Shown piece after piece: positions 35,326 through 45,461 of a DNA stretch of 64,000 bases; within the stretch, counting starts at the first letter, position 1, and each line of letters starts with the position of its first letter. This stretch comes from Podarcis muralis. Taxonomy: Eukaryota. Position numbers and translations under genes: made by a program. The stretch covers positions 26,350,001 through 26,414,000 of the forward strand of contig NC_135667.1 of NCBI RefSeq assembly GCF_964188315.1, given 5' to 3'. A model generated the notes under the pieces. It had not been told where the DNA came from and made no database searches. It saw only the letters and a list, made by a program, of their open reading frames with translations.

Positions 35326-35861
35326 TATATCTAAAAGAAAGATTATCATGGTCGCAATTAGCTATGGTCCAACACAGGTTTAGAGATACCATGAGGCTGC
35401 CATCTCCTGTAGCAGCCTACTTGAGAGTAAGCCCCATTCAGTGGAACATGCTTCTGAGTAGACCTGTTCCAGTTTGCTCTATAAATGCCCATTATTTTCT
35501 GTTGGATGGTGGCCACCATCTACATACTGACATATAATACCAACATTATAATGATTTACTGTTACCGGAACAATTTCCACCCCCAGTTCAAAGTCCTATG
35601 CATTTAAATATTTATTATTTAAGCATTTAAAGCTCTGAATGCTTTGGTAGCTGGATAGCTAAAGGACCCACCTTTATTCACAGGTATTTCTCTGTGTGCT
35701 TCAGTCTTCAGAGGACTCTCTGCTCTAAATTTCACCTCCATATGAGATGCTGCTGTTGACCATGAGGAAGGGGGCCATCTTGTTGATGATGTCCAGGCTT
35801 TGGAATGGCCTCTTATCTTTAGATGTCAGCCAAAAATTATATTGTTTAGACATACTTTTCA

Positions 35862-36095
35862 CAGACCCTCCAAGTGTCCCTATTTTCCAGGGACAGTCCT
35901 GGATTTACAGTAGCTGTCCCGGTTTCTGCTTCGATCCCAGAATGTCCCACTTTTTCTTAGGATGTCCCTATTTTCATTGGAAAAATATTGGAGGGTATGG
36001 AGTTATCTGACCCCCAAGGCATCTGAAGGCAAAACTGTATAAAGAAGTTGTTTAATTCTTAATGTTTAATTGTATTTTTGTATATGTTGGAAGCC
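35862..36095. mobile_element. Another copy of the CAGACCCTCCAA MITE family
   Basis: Homologous to 2318-2580; internal TTGGAGGGTATG (~35989-36000) is an imperfect right TIR. Confidence 0.7.
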
Positions 36096-38295
36096 ATAAA
36101 GGGGTGCTGCTGTGGACATAGCCTGGATGTGATTGTTTAGCCAAAGCTGTACTAATCTTTATATTCCCTCTGACCAATACAAATGCCATTCATTCAAATG
36201 CAAAGGAAATACAATGCAAATGTGAGGGCGTCATTAATTACATATCACTTGAGGATTGAAAACAAGAATAGCAAATACTGAATGTATTCTCTAACCTGAT
36301 TTCTCTTCCAGTCATCGGATAATTAAATGAACATCAGAAACTTTCAATTATTATTTTTAATCAGAATTTTCCAAAAGCCGTAGTTCTCACTGACATTCTG
36401 AGACCCAATGATAAGTAATCTATGGCTAATTAGCCATTACTTGCCATTCCTCTCCTTAAAGCATCAGTGTCATAGAAATACAGCAACTGGTACCTGTAGC
36501 CCATAAACATTCCTGATTCCATACATGGAAATTGGTACACTTTAGACTATGTAGTTCTCATTTTTTAGCACAGTATTTTAACTCTAATATTCATCTAGCC
36601 TCAAGTTGTGCGTTTCTTTAAAATGGATTACTATGGGTCTTATTTCTTTCCCTCTTCCCTCCACTTTCCATTGCTGTGTTGAATATTAAAGAGTATAAAT
36701 TACTGTTAATCCATGCTCTTAGAAGATAGTGTCCCTGCCAAACAGCAATGTTTTTTTTGATGCATGTGAAACAGAGAAAGCAAATGCTTTATATAAAATA
36801 ATGTCCCTTGCTTGGGATTTGTTTAGCACATGAATAATACACACAGGGATAACTTGTAAGGATTTGCTGGGAGGAGATTCACATGAGACATACAACTCTG
36901 CCCTGAATTTCTTTGGAAATCACAGTACAATTATTTTGGTGTGTCCTGAGGATTTAAGGTTACTTGTGATTCAAGACGATATCTGCACATCCATCCATTT
37001 ACATATGCTGAAGTAGCAATGAATATTCGGTCTCTCCCAATTATTACCTGCAGGTTAACAATTTTGCATGGAGTTCTCTTAGGTGTCCTAAGGAACACTT
37101 GTAGGTTTGGGTCCTAAGAAACACTTGTAGGTTTGGGTGTTGTCAGGGACTGGGCAGAGGAGGAATGGTGGAGACTGCCTCCCCAGCCTGACCCTTCCAG
37201 AGAAGAAGACAGTTCAGAATTACAACCACATTGAACATTCATAGCTTCCCTCAAAAATTCCTGGAAACTGTACTTTGTCAAGGATGCTGAGAGTTACTAG
37301 GAAACCCCCTTTCTCCCACAGAGCTGCAAACATTGAGGGGTTTATTTTTAAATCATTCTGCCATTCTGCTTCATGGAGCCTTGGAAACAATTTCCAGGCC
37401 CTTGTGAAGCACTGGAAGTCATGTCCCAAGATCTTGTGGGACCTCAGAGGTGGCGTCCGTGGTCTCGCGGGGCCTCCAAGTGACTTTCAGGACCTTATGA
37501 ACCACCAGAAGTTGCATCTGAGGTCTTGCGGGGCCTTGGGGGTGGTGTCCAAGGCCTCAGACGTTGAGTACAAGGCTTTGTGGGGCCTCGGACATGACTT
37601 CCGGTGCTCCCAGGCACTGATGTGGCATGTGTGCCGTAACATGATGTCATCACATCACATTATGTCGTGCGCGCCGCTGGTCACCCACAACCTAGGGCCC
37701 AAGTCGGTGCCCCTGCTCAGTACTCTTAACAAATTAGGTATAGTTGCCATAATTCTTTCAGTGAAACCATGCCTACTTAAAGTGCTTTACATGTATAGTG
37801 CTGATGGGACCTAAGAGTGCTTTAAATTTATGGTGTGAATGTGATATTAAAATACACGCATTCATATCCACAATTGAATGTGGAGCTAAATTGCAAAAAG
37901 CCACCACAATTAACTAGTTGTTTATACTGAAAATCCTAGGAGAATTACACTTAGAATTCCTCTGGTGCAACTGTAGGAGATTTAGGTTGAATCTTTATGG
38001 TGGAGCAGAACAAAAGCAGTGTTATGCTTTTAGCTGGTGTTATCCGAGTAGTCTAAGGACAGCTTAGAAAGGTAAAGTTATCCTCAAAAAAGCGAAAGTT
38101 GGGTTTATTAAAGATGGATCAGAGCCATGTTATGAACCGTGTTCTGCAAGGTAAAACTGTAACGCATTGGTGTATGTTCTTTTAAGAATTCCAGTGGAAT
38201 AATATTCTTGCACATACTCAGCAGAGTTGAAGCATGGAACAACCACCATTAGGGACTGTGAGCCGATAGTGAGAAAGGGGTTTTATTTTACTCAG

Positions 38296-38397
38296 AGCAA
38301 GCCCTGAAATTCTTTGAAGTGGGGCTTCTAAATTTCATTTTTGTTGTGGAGTTATTGGCACTGGCAATCATTTTAAGAAGACTGCTGAGGAACTAAG
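38296..38397 (+). other. Candidate non-coding 5' exon of the OR at 39433
   Basis: Acceptor TTTTATTTTACTCAG| and consensus donor AAG|GTGAGT at 38398. Confidence 0.4.
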
Positions 38398-39404
38398 GTG
38401 AGTGAATAGATAATTTCCCCCTTTGTGGCCAGTAAGACAAAGCTTCAAAAAAGAGGTTTTGGTACTGAGAGTAGCAGCCTAAGATAGAATACTGTTATTG
38501 TTTGATGTTTGAGAGTTATAAGCTATATGTCTCTGTATCATTCCTTTCTTTCCAGTCCCTCCAGAGACCCTGGGGGAGGAAGGCACCTGGCAAATCCACA
38601 CTGTGATCAACTCCCGCGTGGAAACCAATGTCCCCACTGTTGAAGGATGTGTGGGTCCAGAATTGGCCTCCACAGTCATCGTTAAAACCATGTTTATGGA
38701 AGACAAACTTACTCGGCTATGAGTGATTGCCAAAGAAAGAAAAAGAGCCATGGCTTCAGGCAGTGTTACAGACAGGGATCATTCCTGGCCCTTGCTGGAG
38801 ATGCTGGGAAAAAGAAATAACTGAGGAGCACATCCAAAGAAGTGAGATTTGGTCCTGGAATTTTAAAGCAAGACATGTAAGAAAGAAGATGAGGGAGATA
38901 GGTTTAGTTATAGAGTGAAGGCATAGGCTGACCTGGAAAACATTTGCACAAGTTGTCAAAGATCAATCTACTCAACTAAAATGTGTTTGTGTGTGCGTCA
39001 GAGAGAACGGGAGACAGAGAAGCATCCAGTACCCTTATGATATTTTTTAAAGTGTGCATTTAAAAACAAACTTGTGATTGTTGTTTCATTTTGACTTAGT
39101 ACCCACCCCTCACTCCAAGGTCATAGGGCCAAATCACAACAGTTAAAGATTAAAAAACAGTCGCTCACTTGAGTTTTCTTTTTCGTGTGTGTACTGTGTG
39201 CATGCAATTATTTGTGTGCAGAACTGACTGAGTACAAATGGACAAAGGTGGCTGAATAGGCCTACAGACTTAAGCCCCAGTAAAATGCCACTGATGTAAT
39301 TAATCTCCAATTCCTTCATTTTCTTACTATTGTTTACATAATGCAGAACCCCTCCTTACAGGGACAGAAATGTCAAGAAATGTTGTTGTTGTTTTTCTCT
39401 TCAG

Positions 39405-39422
39405 ATGAGAGCACTCTGGTGA
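39405..39422 (+). promoter_or_regulatory. Candidate upstream ORF (MRALW*) directly after the splice acceptor
   Basis: TTTTTCTCTTCAG|ATG AGA GCA CTC TGG TGA, then 10 nt to the OR ATG. Confidence 0.55.
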
Positions 39423-39432
39423 TACCATAAGA

Positions 39433-40359
39433 ATGAATGCAACTTCCACCAGCTATTTCACGTTCCTTGGATTTCCCAGCCATTTGGAGGTGCAGATTCC
39501 CATGCTTCTTCTACTTTCGGCTGTCTACGTGGTCACTGTAACTGGGAACTCTTTCATCATTGCCATCACTTGTGCAGACACAAGCCTTCATTCCCCGATG
39601 TATTTTTTTCTGAGAGTGCTATCGCTCCTGGAGATTTGCTACACCACTGTCACCCTCCCCAAGATGCTGCATGACCTTGTTTCAAGAGACAAGTCCATCT
39701 CATTCAGTGGCTGTGCTCTCCAGATGTATTTTCTTTTATTCCTAGGAACAGTAGAGTGCTTCCTCTTGGCTGTGATGTCTTACGACCGGTACCTTGCAAT
39801 ATGCCTCCCCTTGCACTATATGGTTTTGATGTCCAAAGGTGTTTGTGTACGCCTAACTTTCGCTTCATGGCTGTGTGGCATTCTTCTTCCGCTGGTGAAT
39901 ACAAGCTGGGCATTCAGCTTGCCATACTGTGGCTCTAACGAGATCAACCATTTCTTCTGTGACTTCCCACCAGTTTTGAAGCTAGCCTGTGCTGATACAT
40001 CTCTGAATGAAGCAGTGATGCTAGTGAGCAGTTTGATCATCACTCTGATACCTTTCGTCTTCATACTCATATCCTATGCCTGCATCCTTGGCACCATATT
40101 AAGGGTGCCTTCAGCTACAGGTAGGCAGAAGTTGTTCTCCACCTGTTCTTCACACCTCATCATGGTGACACTTTTCTACGGCACAGCCAGCTTTATGTAC
40201 TTGCAGCCCAAATCCAGTTATTCTTTAGAACGAGATAAATTCCTCTCCCTTTTTTACACTGTTATAACACCCATGCTAAACCCCATCATTTATACCTTGA
40301 GGAACACAGAGGTGAAAAAGGCAGTGAAGAGAATGACAAAGAGGAAAATATTGTTCTGA
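39433..40359 (+). CDS. Olfactory receptor, OR10-like, 308 aa, intact
   Basis: LHSPMYFFL, MSYDRYLAIC, HFFCD, STCSSH and NPIIYTLRN motifs; N-terminal NAT sequon. Confidence 0.97.
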   Translation: MNATSTSYFTFLGFPSHLEVQIPMLLLLSAVYVVTVTGNSFIIAITCADTSLHSPMYFFLRVLSLLEICYTTVTLPKMLHDLVSRDKSISFSGCALQMYFLLFLGTVECFLLAVMSYDRYLAICLPLHYMVLMSKGVCVRLTFASWLCGILLPLVNTSWAFSLPYCGSNEINHFFCDFPPVLKLACADTSLNEAVMLVSSLIITLIPFVFILISYACILGTILRVPSATGRQKLFSTCSSHLIMVTLFYGTASFMYLQPKSSYSLERDKFLSLFYTVITPMLNPIIYTLRNTEVKKAVKRMTKRKILF

Positions 40360-40469
40360 TTTTTATTTTTAGTGACTGCTGTGTACTTATTAATCACCCT
40401 AAATTTGGGATCTTCTTAAAGTTGTAAGCTTTGTTGTATATACTACATTGGTATATCATGCAATGAAAA

Positions 40470-40570
40470 TCATAAATGCATAGAATTGTAGATTTGGAAG
40501 GGAACCTGTGGGCATCTAGTCTGACCCCTTCCGCAGTGCAGGAATCTCAACACATAGTCCTCATCCAGCC
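40470..40570 (-). mobile_element. CR1-type 3' end fragment
   Basis: CATAGAATTGTAGATTTGGAAGGGAACC...ATCTAGTCTGACCCC is the reverse complement of a CR1 terminus. Confidence 0.7.
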
Positions 40571-41226
40571 TGAAATCATACCAGACCCTAGGGAAAGGGG
40601 GGGGGGTACACACAGCTACTTTGTATTCAGTGAGCTTAAGCATGGGTGGCAGCACCCTAGATTGTGACTGTGAGCACAAGGGTACACCCAAAGAAAGCAA
40701 AGCCTTCCTAATAAAATACGGTAATGAGAAACTTCAAGGAACAAAGCTCTACTATTTGTGTTGGCTAAGAGCAATGGATACTGGATTTTATAATGATTGT
40801 ATTTTTCTTGAACTTATTACCCATCCTTCACCCAAAGGTCTCAGGAGAGAAAGAGAGATTTTTTACTATGGTCTGTCTTACACACCTAAAACGTTGACTG
40901 GCTTTAAATTAACCTCAAAGTAAAAATAATTCTGCATTCCCCCCCCCCCTCAACTCTGTCACTGACAGAAAACTTGATTCTGTGTATGAATATATCGAGC
41001 TGCCTTACACTAGGTCAGGTGATTTGTCCATCTCGTCTAGTGTACTCTAATACAGGAGTAGCTAATGTGGAATCCTCTTAATGAAGTTTGACTAAAATTC
41101 CCATCATCCTGGACCACTAGCATCATGAGCTGAGGTTGATGAAGCAAAGGGGGTTGGTTACCCCTGGTCTTATCTGACTAGCAGTGGGTTTGTGAGTTTT
41201 CAGGAAGAGACCCTTTCTATCATCTG

Positions 41227-41790
41227 TGTAGGAATGAAAAATCACAGGAGACGAGAGAGGCAGGTGCAACATGAGGCGTCTGATCAGGGCGGACCCTGGG
41301 AGCCTCTTTTATTGAATATTACAAACATTGCCACAGGTGTGCTTGTCGCTGATTGGTTGATACATACATACACAAAGAAACTTGTTGCTGATTGGTTAAC
41401 ATAAGCATAAGGCGGGAATTACATGTGAGAAATGGGGGTTACGTATGATCATTTATTATCGGTGGATTAAAGGCTGGGAATCGAAGCTAGAACTAGACAG
41501 GCATGAAGCCTCCTAATTAAATTGTAATGATGGATCATGGCATGAAACAATATAACAATCAAGTTCTGTAGATGTGGTCAGCTAGGCATGAAGAGCGGGT
41601 CATGTTGTTTTCCATGAGCTTAGGATGACTGAACAAGGAAAAGAATGTCCTGGTGTTTAGAACAGATCTGTACAGTGTGTGCAAAAGCAGGGAAAAGATT
41701 ATAAGCAAGACTTCCCAGAATGCAAGAGAAAAGGGGTGCAAGGCTTCCCCAAAATGCAGCAGGTATGGGCAGAAGGAAAACTTCCCTTTA
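41227..41790 (-). mobile_element. ERV 3' LTR
   Basis: No mismatch to the 5' LTR found by eye; on the minus strand GC box (41411), CCAAT (41391, 41352), AATAAA (41308); ends TACA. Confidence 0.95.
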
Positions 41791-41809
41791 TCTCCCCCTT
41801 TCTTTTCTT
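41791..41809 (-). promoter_or_regulatory. Polypurine tract
   Basis: AAGAAAAGAAAGGGGGAGA on the minus strand, abutting the 3' LTR. Confidence 0.92.
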
Positions 41810-41975
41810 GTTTGCGAGGCATTCTGGGTAAATAAGGCAAAAATATTTCAGGATTAGTGGTGTGCCAGCAAATGCCCAAAATAAGTTTGCCAGGGTCGAT
41901 GGGACAGAAATATTTCGGGATACGTGGTTTGCCAGCGCATGCCCACAATAAGCCCGTCCACATCTCACCTTAGGT

Positions 41976-42949
41976 TTACTGTTGGTGTTGCCATTTCGCA
42001 AAGTAGGCAGCAAGGAGTTTATTAGGTGGTTGAGGGGGAGAGAGAAGCCGGGAGAAAAGACTTATGAGGCCAGGAACGCATTGGAGGAAGCAACATAACA
42101 AAATTAAGATGCATATAATGACAAGGGCATATTGAAAGAGATTACGAAGCCAAGTAAGATTAGGTAGCCATGCAGTAAGCCACTGGGTGAAGGAACCCCA
42201 GAGGCCAGAAAGTCCAACATCTTGTGTAATGTGGTGTGTAAGATTTTGCAAATGAGAAATCTGGCTTTGAATAGCTTTAGAATTGTCAGTAATATTAAAA
42301 CAACACATGTTGTCCACTTGTTCACTGCCGTAGTGATGAAACATGAACAAATAATCGATAGCACGATTTTGTAAAAGTCCATTATATAGTCCACTCTGTT
42401 CTTTATTCAAAAGGTGAAGAACTTGTGAAGTAAAATTCAGGGCTTTTCCTGCAGAATAAGCTAAAGAATTAATGTTCATACGATTCCGTACAGCCAATCC
42501 AGGGACTTCTAAGAGACTCCTAAGAGAGAAACAGCTAAAAAGATATATTCAGACCTACTGAGAAAAGAAACAAAAGCATCACAATCGTTAGTCAATTTTT
42601 CAGAGCGGCGATATCGAGGGCGGGATAAATGATGCTTCTTGGGTAAAATGATGGACAAACGGCTTAAACAGCAAGGTGTTCCATGGCTGATGTTTGCTGG
42701 AATGTAATTAAATGTATAGCCAGGACACGACCAGAACCAGCCTGCAGGCAGCTCAGTGTATTTATATACATAGGAAATATTTACATAATCAGAGCAGTTA
42801 AAGGTATCTCTGCCCATTTTCACACAATTGGTTTTTGTACAATTTACCATACGTGCACAAGTAACATTAAATGAAGCCACGTATGGGGTCAGCAAATCAA
42901 TGGTCAAAGGTGGGCGTAAAGATGAATAAAACCAAGTATCATTTTGCAA
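41976..42949 (-). pseudogene. env: Retroviral env remnant (C-terminal SU, furin site RYRR, TM with ISD, CX6CC region and membrane anchor)
   Basis: LPAGWFWSCPGYTFNYIP..GTPCCLSRL; RPRYRR|S (42605-42616); LLQNRAIDYL; GSEQVDNMCCFNITD; hydrophobic anchor. Split by an 11 bp tandem duplication (42504-42525). Confidence 0.92.
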
Positions 42950-42955
42950 ATCAGG

Positions 42956-42973
42956 ATCACGTCGGGGTCACCA
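42956..42973 (-). promoter_or_regulatory. Primer binding site complementary to tRNA-Trp
   Basis: TGGTGACCCCGACGTGAT, 18/18 complement to the 3' end of vertebrate tRNA-Trp, 2 nt from the 5' LTR. Confidence 0.93.
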
Positions 42974-42975
42974 GA

Positions 42976-43539
42976 TGTAGGAATGAAAAATCACAGGAGA
43001 CGAGAGAGGCAGGTGCAACATGAGGCGTCTGATCAGGGCGGACCCTGGGAGCCTCTTTTATTGAATATTACAAACATTGCCACAGGTGTGCTTGTCGCTG
43101 ATTGGTTGATACATACATACACAAAGAAACTTGTTGCTGATTGGTTAACATAAGCATAAGGCGGGAATTACATGTGAGAAATGGGGGTTACGTATGATCA
43201 TTTATTATCGGTGGATTAAAGGCTGGGAATCGAAGCTAGAACTAGACAGGCATGAAGCCTCCTAATTAAATTGTAATGATGGATCATGGCATGAAACAAT
43301 ATAACAATCAAGTTCTGTAGATGTGGTCAGCTAGGCATGAAGAGCGGGTCATGTTGTTTTCCATGAGCTTAGGATGACTGAACAAGGAAAAGAATGTCCT
43401 GGTGTTTAGAACAGATCTGTACAGTGTGTGCAAAAGCAGGGAAAAGATTATAAGCAAGACTTCCCAGAATGCAAGAGAAAAGGGGTGCAAGGCTTCCCCA
43501 AAATGCAGCAGGTATGGGCAGAAGGAAAACTTCCCTTTA
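42976..43539 (-). mobile_element. ERV 5' LTR
   Basis: Direct repeat of 41227-41790, followed by the PBS on the minus strand. Confidence 0.95.
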
Positions 43540-43759
43540 CATCTGCTCCATGATCCTTCTGACTGGAGAAGTGAGGGATTGAACCAGGGACTGTTTTCAT
43601 GCAACTTACTTACTTACTTGCTTACTTACTTAGCATATTGTTATATAACACCCACAATCTCTACAGAAGTGTGATATTCCAGGGAACTCCCTGTAATCTC
43701 GCACTGTTGTAGAGATTGGGGGTGACGTGTAACACAGGATCTGTGTTTCCTTTTGGAAA

Positions 43760-45015
43760 TGCTGCCTTGAGAACGGCAAGGAGTGATGCCCAGTGGATGT
43801 GTCAATAACTATTGGCTGAAGTTGTGTCAACTCGTTCAACTTGCTGCTGACAGCAGCAACATTTGCAAAATGTATGAAGGCACGAAGACAGCATTAGAAG
43901 AGCTGGACGTCCACAAGAGGATCACGTCCTTCCACGAAAATATGTCTGGCACATCCAGTGTGATGGTTCATCCTCGGATGCTTTCCCTATAAAGAGTGGT
44001 GAAACAGAGCTGTGTTCTTGTCCCAACTCTCTTTGGCATAGTCTTCTCCTTGTTGTTCTCATATGCTTTCAGCTTCACTGAAGACAGTCTGTATTTCCAT
44101 TCCATCCCATTTAAGGAGCGATGGGGTCTGTTCAACCTGGCATGTCTCTGCACCAAGACCGGCAAACTCTAAAGAAGCTCTACAGAGACTCATTGACCAT
44201 TTTGCCCAAACCTGCATGGAATTTGTCCTCTCTGACAAAGAACAACAACCTAGGTAAGGACATCGTCACCAGTACTCCAGGCAGATGGTAGACGATTTTG
44301 TCTACTTGCCTTCCAGAATAACCACCAACTTTCCCATTGATGCTGTGTATTGGCAAGTGTATTGGCAATACAGCAATACCTCGCCTCTCCAAAAGGGTAT
44401 GGGAGAATATGATGCTAACGCCCAATACAAAGGTGAAATACAAAGGCCTGCATGTTGAGCACACTGCATTATGGAAGTGAATCATAGGCAACTTCAACCA
44501 GCAGTGGCACCTCAATATACATGGTGTCAGGAAGATTTTGGGCATCACATGGCAGGAGAGAGTCTTAAACAAAGATATGCTCTCCCCACCCAGCATTCCC
44601 AGCATGTTTGCACTTCTGTCTCAGTGACATTTGCACTATTGGTCTTGTCCACAGAATGGAAGATGGCATGATCCCTAAGGACATGCTCTACAGGGAGCTT
44701 GCTTCAGATACGAGACCTGTTGGAAGACCAATTGTGCATTACAAAGATGTCTGCAAAGATGACATGAATGCTGGCAGCACTAACCCTGCCATGTGGGAAT
44801 CCTTTGCAGATGGTCACTGTGCCTGGAAACAGTCAGGTCGTGGATCCACAGAAGTGACCAAAGGAGGAATGAAGGCTGGGAGGGGCGCAGAAAGAAAAAG
44901 TGGCATGGTGCACTTGCAGCAGCAAAACCAGACGCCTTAATTTGTCCCATCTGCAATAGAATATGTCTCCCTCATATTGGTCAATGATCTCTACAGTCAC
45001 AGTATGCACTGTAAC
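43760..45015 (+). mobile_element. Degenerate RTE-clade LINE
   Basis: Frameshifted RT/C-terminal motifs: FHENMSG..., K(Q)SCVLVPTLFGIVFSLL, RMEDGMIPKDMLYRELASDTRPVGRP, ICPICNRICLPHIG. Confidence 0.8.
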
Positions 45016-45461
45016 TCTCCAATGGTTTAACTTTAGCCAACACTGGCTATTTAATGAGCAGTGATTCTGTTTTGTTTGCAGGGAGCATAGTTGATGTTGC
45101 ATCAAAACGTCTGCTATCTCACACAATTCTCGATCACTTCCATTATTGCAAAAACTCTAATCTTTTATGGGCATTTGTTTGCACAAAACCTCCCAAACAA
45201 TTATAATGATCGCTCACACTTCATAATGTCGGTGCCCTTTGTGGGATTGTGCATGGGACTACAGTTCCCAGGGAGCTTAGTGGTAAAAGGGGGCTGGCTT
45301 ACTTCTCAGTGTTATTATCTAGAGGCTTATGCACAGCCTCAGTAATCAAGTTTCTTGCTGGGAAGTGGGGCCAATCCCATTTATAAATAGGGGGTGGAGT
45401 GGACAATAGCCAGGCAGTCGGCTCTGGAGATTCACTGTGCTGGTCCCGGGGGGAAGGTTAC

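Larger units (their letters stand above)
41227..43539 (-). mobile_element. Internally deleted endogenous retrovirus (LTR-PBS-partial env-PPT-LTR), 2313 bp
   Basis: Two 564 bp LTRs at a constant 1749 offset; tRNA-Trp PBS; PPT; env remnant; flanking direct repeat CATCTG (41221-41226, 43540-43545). Appears inserted in a Squam2 relic. Confidence 0.95.

Noticed and set aside
37085-37136. 26 bp tandem duplication
   Set aside because: Ordinary slippage duplication with one mismatch and no functional context.
37275-37814. 179 aa ORF
   Set aside because: No recognisable domain; it crosses a GC-rich repeat-like segment (~37448-37720) that may be a MITE, but I could not define TIRs or a TSD.
41976-42949. 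Syncytin-like domesticated env
   Set aside because: No signal peptide or 5' SU, a frameshift in the fusion-peptide region, a mutated CX6CC, and still within two identical LTRs.
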